Shown here: in pieces, positions 57,803 to 64,000 of the stretch | Position numbering within the stretch: position 1 is the first letter of the stretch | How the letters are laid out: each line of letters begins with the position of its first letter | From: Dendrobates tinctorius | Lineage: Eukaryota | Assembly (NCBI RefSeq): GCF_039654945.1 | Contig: NW_027361681.1 | Location: 8,680,001 to 8,744,000 of the forward strand | DNA length: 64,000 nt | Direction: 5' to 3' | Made by a program: the position numbers and the translations under genes | The notes under the pieces: model-generated | Database searches by the model: none | What the model was told of the DNA's origin: nothing | The model's input: the letters and a program-made list of their open reading frames with translations, nothing else

Positions 57803-60455
57803 GGCCGGGGTCACACTGGCGAGGAATACGGACGAGTGAGAGGCGTTAAAAGCACGCATTAGACACGGACAAATTATTCTCCATGGGTTTGCTCCCAACA
57901 GCCGTATATTTCTCGGGCGTATTCTACGGTCCGTGCCAATCGCAGCATGCTGCGATTGTCAGCGTACTACGCCCGTAGTACGCCAATGAAAGTCTATGGG
58001 TGTGCTAAAAATACGCATTACACACGGACCACACATGTGACTTGTGAGAAATACGCATCCGGTGTCTTAGAAAAGCCGGCAATTCAGTGCGCTATACAGT
58101 AAACTCACACTGACAGGTTTAATAAAGAAACGAAAGAATAGATATATACACATAGAATATATATATATATACATACATGTCATAGTGACAAACATATATA
58201 TATATTTATATTTCACAGAGTTCTTCATAGCAGAATAGCCGCTAATTAAATTGCCGGCTTCTATCAAATCATTCCCCAACCCGACATGAAATGACACATG
58301 GTTTACATTCAGTAAAGCATTTCATTTCATGTTTTTTAATATGTCCCTGACTAATAATTAGATGAGGGTTTGTGTGCAAAATTTGGGAGTTGTAGTTGTT
58401 ATTTTAAGGGGTTAATTCGTTGTTAAAAAATGCGTGGGCTTCCCATTGCCCTATAGTGGTGGCGAGTGGGTTAATCTAACAAAGGGTTAATGTCACCATT
58501 CGATTGTAAGGTGACATTAACCCTTTGTTAGATTAACCCATTCGCCACCGCTACAGGGCAATGGGAAGCCCACACATTTTTTAATAACGAATTAACCCCT
58601 TAAAATAACAACTACAACTCCTAAATTTTGCACACAAACCCTCATCTAATTATTAGTCAGGGACATATTAAAAAACATGAAATGAAATGCTTTACTGAAT
58701 GTAAACCATGTGTCATTTCATGTCAGGTTGGGTAATGATTTGATAGGATACGGCAATTTAATTAGCGGCTATTCTGCTATGAAGAACTCTGTGAAATATA
58801 TATATATACAGTCATATGTAAAAGTTTGGGCACCCCTATTAATGTTAACCTTTTTTCTTTATAACAATTTTGGTTTTTGCAACAGCTATTTCAGTTTCAT
58901 ATATCTAATAACTGATGGAGTCAGTTATATTTCTGGATTCAAATGAGGTTTATTGTACTAACAGAAAATGTGCAATCTGCATTTAAACAAAATTTGACCG
59001 GTGCAAAAGTATGGGCACCCTTATCATTTTCTTGATTTGAACACTCCTAACTACTTTTTACTGACTTCCTGAATCACTAAATTGGTTTTGTAACCTCATT
59101 GAGCTTTGAACTTCATAGCCAGGTGTATCAAATCATGAGAAAAGGTATTTAAAGTGGCCACTTGCAAGTAGTTCTCCTATTTGATTCTCCTATGAAGAGT
59201 GGCATCATGGGCTCCTCAAAACAACTCTCAAATGATCTGAAAACAAAAATTATTCAACATAGCTTTTCAGGGGAAGGATACAAAAAGTTGTCTCAGAGAT
59301 TTAACCTGTCAGTTTCCACTGTGAGGAACATAGTAAGGAAATGGAAGAACACAGGTACAGTTCTTGTTAAGCCCAGAAGTGGCAGGCCAAGAAAAATATC
59401 CGAAAGGCAGAGAAGAAGAATGGTGAGAACAGTCAAGGACAATCCACAGACCACCTCCAAAGACCTGCAGCATCATCTTGCTGCAGATGGTGTCACTGTG
59501 CATCGGTCAACAATACAGCGCATGCATAACGCCTTTTTGTATGACCAAACAACTCAATCTTTGTTTCATCAGTCCACAGGACCTTCTTCCAAAATGTAAC
59601 TGGCTTGTTCTAATGTGCTTTTGCATACCTCAGGCGACTCTGTTTGTGGCGTGCTTGCAGAAACGGCTTCTTTCGCATCACTCTCCCATAAAGCTTCTCC
59701 TTGTGCAAAGTGCGCTGTATTGTTGACCGATGCACAGTGACACCATCTGCAGCAAGATGAGGCTGCAGGTCTTTGGAGGTGGTCTGTGGATTGTCCTTGA
59801 CTGTTCTCACCATTCTTCTTCTCTGCCTTTCTGATATTTTTCTTGGCCTGCCACTTCTGGGCTTAACAAGAACTGTACCTGTGTTCTTCCATTTCCTTAT
59901 TATGTTCCTCACAGTGGAAACTGACAGGTTAAATCTCTGAGACAACTTTTTGTATCCTTCCCCTGAAAAGCTATGTTGAATAATCTTTGTTTTCAGATCA
60001 TTTGAGAGTTGTTTTGAGGAGCCCATGATGCCACTCTTCATAGAAGAATCAAATAGGAGAACTACTTGCAAGTGGCCACCTTAAATACCTTTTCTCATGA
60101 TTTGATACACCTGGCTATGAAGTTCAAAGCTCAATGAGGTTACAAAACCAATTTAGTGCTTCAGGAAGTCAGTAAAAAGTAGTTAGGAGTGTTCAAATCA
60201 AGAAAATGATAAGGGTGCCCATACTTTTGCACCGGTCAAATTTTGTTTAAATGCAGATTGCACATTTTGTGTTAGTACAATAAACCTCATTTGAATCCAG
60301 AAATATAACTGAGTCCATCAGTTATTAGATATATGAAACTGAAATAGCTGTTGCAAAAACCAAAATTGTTATAAAGAAAAAAGGTTAACATTAATAGGGG
60401 TGCCCAAACTTTTACATATGACTGTATATATGTTTGTCTCAATGACTTGTGTGTG

Positions 60456-60507
<52 letters not shown>

Positions 60508-60740
60508 TTCTATGTGTCTATATTATTTCGTTTCTGTTAGAAACCCTGTCATAGGGCTCCATTATATGTCCATTTTGCAAGGCGGCGAGAAAATCTCAGC
60601 ATACGGATGCAGACATGCGCAAAATACGCAACCACACCTTGATTACGGATGACATACGGAGCACTATTTAGGGGTCATTCATCCGTATTACGCATGTAAA
60701 CTACGGACCGTATTTTGCGTCGGTTAGTGTGACCCCGGCC
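57803..60740. mobile_element. Non-autonomous Harbinger-type element inserted in the Gypsy gag gene
   Basis: Perfect 15-bp TIR ggccggggtcacact, TTA TSD; removing it restores gag QEAC-KLYFRLHP. Confidence 0.9.
58809..60424. mobile_element. Palindromic Tc1 derivative made of two inverted left halves
   Basis: cagtcatatgtaaaagtttgggcaccc at both ends within (TA)n; about 710-bp arms each encoding MGSSKQLS...SGRPRK...TIQR. Confidence 0.92.
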
Positions 60741-62749
60741 TTACAGGCCTCCTGGGAAACAAAAAAATTATCTCTGCCACCAGAAAACCTGTCTGGGAGA
60801 GATATCTTGGGTTCTAGTTGAGCCTGCAACTGAGCCGAGGCCCCAAACCCCACCAACTGCTGCAGCTGCTGCACCACCTCGCCACGCATCACCCTACGCT
60901 CCTCAGTGAGGGTCTGAAGCAGTTGGACAAAGGCCTGCATTTTGGCCATGGCTCACCAGAAAAAATGGGGTGGTTGTTTATAATGTCACGAAGGGACTGG
61001 CTATGTGTGACATGACCCAGCAATCGGTCGGTCACCAAACAGCAAACAAGGGAACATGGGATACAATTACGGTGGGCCTGCGATAGGGAACAGGGAAATA
61101 GACACCTCCTGCACTCCTGAGGCTGTGCCCTGGTCTATCCTGACGTCCCTATACGGTTTCTTTCCAACCGTCGCCAAGCAGGATACCTTAGCCCTCACTT
61201 GCCCTGCACCTATCCCTCAGTAGGGAATTGGGAAGTGCGGACACTGGTCTGACCGCTGTACTAATACAACACCAAGGGAAGAAATAACAAACGAGGTAAG
61301 ACAAACAACGCTTAGCTTTCTCTGCTGCAATGCACAGCACCTTTTAAAGGAAGGTGGGAGTGGTCACCACCTGCATCAGCAAACTCACCTAGCAATGCAA
61401 TTACACCAGCGGCCAACGGGGGGAAAAACTGATGTTAACCCCCGAAGGCCTGAAAGGAAAACAGTTTATATATGAGAATCCAGATCTGACACAAATCCAA
61501 AAATGGATCGTGACACAAAGGCAAAGCAGACAACAGTGAGCTGGTATTAATAGAATAAAAATGTCAATGGTTATCTGTTTCTTCCCAGCCTAATAAGACC
61601 AGCCCGTAGCCGCCCCAGAACTAGTGCATCCAGTAGATGTACTAATTCTGGCACTTAGCCTCTTCTCTTCCCGATTGCCTTGGTTCAGTGGCAAGTGGAG
61701 TAATGGTGTATGGGATTGATGTCAGCTTTGTAATGTCAGCTGGCATCAAGCCCACGGCTTAGTAACAGAGAGGTGAGAACAACGTTCCATAGTTTGCGGT
61801 ACTGAATTGCTGGATGATGTGGAAATGCCATGGAAAACGATGGAGCTTTTTTTTAATAAATTGGTGAATGAGGGAGTGTTTTATTGTTTTTATTTTTTTT
61901 TGCCTCTCTTTGTCTTTCAGGTTTCCATTTATGGATTACTTCAGATTCAGTGGACTATGACGGAATCCCTGGACTGGATGAGTTGTTTTTTTTTTTGTGG
62001 TTTTTTTTTACAAATTGGTGAAAGAGAGCTAGAGTCGGGGGTGTTTTTTCCAAATAAAATTTGCGCGTTTTAATTCCTTTTAAATTACTGGGGTAGTAAT
62101 ATGGGTGTTTGATAGACTCCTCTTCATTAGTAACCCATGGGCTTGATGCCAGCGGCCATTACAAAGCTAACATCAACCCAATAAACCATTATCCCGATTG
62201 TCACCACACCAGGGTAATAGGGAGGAGCCGACGCCAAGCACCAGAATTGACGCATCTCGTGTGATTCGCTTATTCTGGGGCAGCTGTGGGCTTGTATTTT
62301 TAGGCTGGGAAGGTCCTAACAACAACCAGGGACCTACCCAGCCTGATAATATAAGCCCGCAGCTGTCTGATTACCTTGACTGGTTATGAAAAATAAGAAG
62401 GACCTCACGTCATTTTTTTAAGTTACTTATTTAATAGGTTTAATAAGGCTAAGCATCCTTCAGTGCCACTAGAAAGGCACTAAACAGTGCTAGTTTATTA
62501 TATGTGGGGGGCTTGGAATATTAAATATGTACAGAATATCTTTCTATTCTATATATGTATTCTATATATCTATTCTATTCATATCTGTATATAAGATTGC
62601 TTTATTAGTTCAAAAACTAGCTTTAAATTACAGTCAGTGGCGTATCCAGGGGGGCAGCCGGGGCAGTTGCCCCGGGCGCAGCCAGCAGGGGGGGCGCAGT
62701 CGGGCCGCCTAATGCAGCGGTCCGCAGTGTCTCCCCCCCCGGCGGGGGG

Positions 62750-63200
62750 GGGTTAATGAGTGAAGATGGGGGTTAATGAGTGGGGGGGGTTAATGAGTGG
62801 AGATGGGGGTTAATGTAGAGATGGGGGTTAATGTAGAGATGGGGGTTAATGTGGGGATGGGGTTAATGAGTGGGGGGGTTAATGTGTAGGGGTTAAAGTA
62901 TGGGGGTTAATGAGTGGGGCGTTAATGAGTGTGGGGGTTAATGAGTGGCTATGGGGGTTAATGTGGGGATGGGAGTTAATAAGTGGGGGGGTTAATGTGT
63001 AGGGGGGTTAATGTATGGGTTTTAATTAGTGGAGATGGAGTTAATTAGTGGGGGTGGGGGTACATAATGTGTGGGGGGATTTGGGAGTGGGGATGGGGGA
63101 TACTTAATGTGTGGGGGGATTTGGGAGTAGGGACAAGGGATTATTGAGTGGGGATGGGGGATACTTAATGTGTGTGGTGGATTTGGAGTGGGGATGGTAT
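62750..63200. repeat. Degenerate G-rich repeat (ggggttaatg-based) within a probable hAT-like element starting at about 62635
   Basis: Repeated gggggttaatg(a/t)gt; preceded by cagtggcgtatccagggggg. Confidence 0.6.
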
Positions 63201-64000
63201 TTAATGTATGTGGGGAGATTTGAGGACACAAAATGAAGAGTATGTATGAGGGCATATATGAGGAAGCAGTATGGGGGATGGGTGCAGACAGTAAGGGGTG
63301 CGAACGGATGAATTTATGTGGGCACAGTATGGGGAGTGAGGGTGATGGGATGTGTGCAGACACAATATGGGGAGTCAGGGATATGTGTGAGCAGACAGTA
63401 TAGAGAGTGAGGGGGTAAATATATGAGGAGACAGTATGGTGAACAGGAGGATGATAGAGGAGACAGTATGAGGAGGGAGGGGAATAGTGTGAGGGGACAG
63501 TATATTGCAGACATTTTTATTTAGGAGCATTATAATGACACTTCTATCTTTAAGGGCGTCGTGTGAAGATTTGCTGCAGAAGACCGGAGAAGATGGAAGT
63601 CTGCAGAGACGGCTGTGGATGAGAAAACTCATCATGGGGTCTAGACAAGAAGAAGAAAAGGAGAACGACTGCAGAGACGACGTCATCTATAAGGTACCTG
63701 GATGTAAATATTATTAGTGCTACTGACTAATTCTCATGTTTTTATTTGTTAGGAACATTAAAGGGGATGTCCAGGTTTGTGCTGAGTCTACAGTCATTCT
63801 ATGTGACTGCAGACTTCTGAATTCTCACAGTGCTCACTGAACGCTGTCAGGATTCTCTCGTGCCGGTAATTTACATACATGCGGTCACATGCTGACTAGA
63901 CATGTGTGGCCTCACTCAATGAAAATGAACAGAGCGAGGCCGGGCACGTCTAGTCGGAATGTGGCCAGAAGTATACAAATCACATACTTGTGCTGACATG

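Larger units (their letters stand above)
55726..61515 (-). mobile_element. Internally deleted Ty3/Gypsy (sushi-like) LTR retrotransposon
   Basis: LTRs 55726-56361 and 60984-61515 (TGTCA...TGACA), TSD caaag, polypurine tract next to 56362. Gag (LPDRFSG, EPMQVG, CFYCGQTGHFIGVC), protease VDSGA, PWLKRHNPVIDW, integrase C-terminal remnants. RT, RNase H and integrase core absent. Confidence 0.93.

Noticed and set aside
57134-60949. Domesticated PEG10/RTL-like gene
   Set aside because: Flanked by LTRs and TSD, with gag interrupted and pol mostly deleted; an ordinary dead element.
63505-63717. Exon-like segment, possibly SURF6
   Set aside because: Has AG/GT borders but no resemblance to SURF6 as I recall it, and lies among transposon-like repeats.

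Overview
Vertebrate genomic DNA, most likely a frog (inferred from the repeat families; not verifiable here). It contains the core of the Surfeit housekeeping cluster. Four spliced genes were reconstructed exon by exon with GT-AG junctions and consistent phases: SURF2 (-, 6 exons, 232 aa) head-to-head with SURF1 (+, 9 exons, 294 aa), and RPL7A/SURF3 (-, 8 exons, 268 aa) head-to-head with MED22/SURF5 (+, 140 aa and about 195 aa isoforms). RPL7A introns host two SNORD24 copies, two double-guide SNORD36 copies and one decayed SNORD36. The rest is intronic minisatellites, which account for nearly all long ORFs in the track, and transposons: Tc1/mariner, PIF/Harbinger and hAT MITEs, a piggyBac-like element, CR1 and L2 LINE fragments, solo LTRs, a Penelope-like remnant and a deleted sushi-like Gypsy element carrying nested insertions. 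The most striking observations are three. (i) A roughly 70-copy minisatellite in SURF2 intron 3 whose unit is the exon-3 end plus its 5' splice site; related acceptor/branch-point-like arrays abut other exons. (ii) A palindromic Tc1 derivative built from two inverted left halves. (iii) snoRNA copy turnover in RPL7A. No prokaryote-type system is present, and no function is demonstrated for any array.
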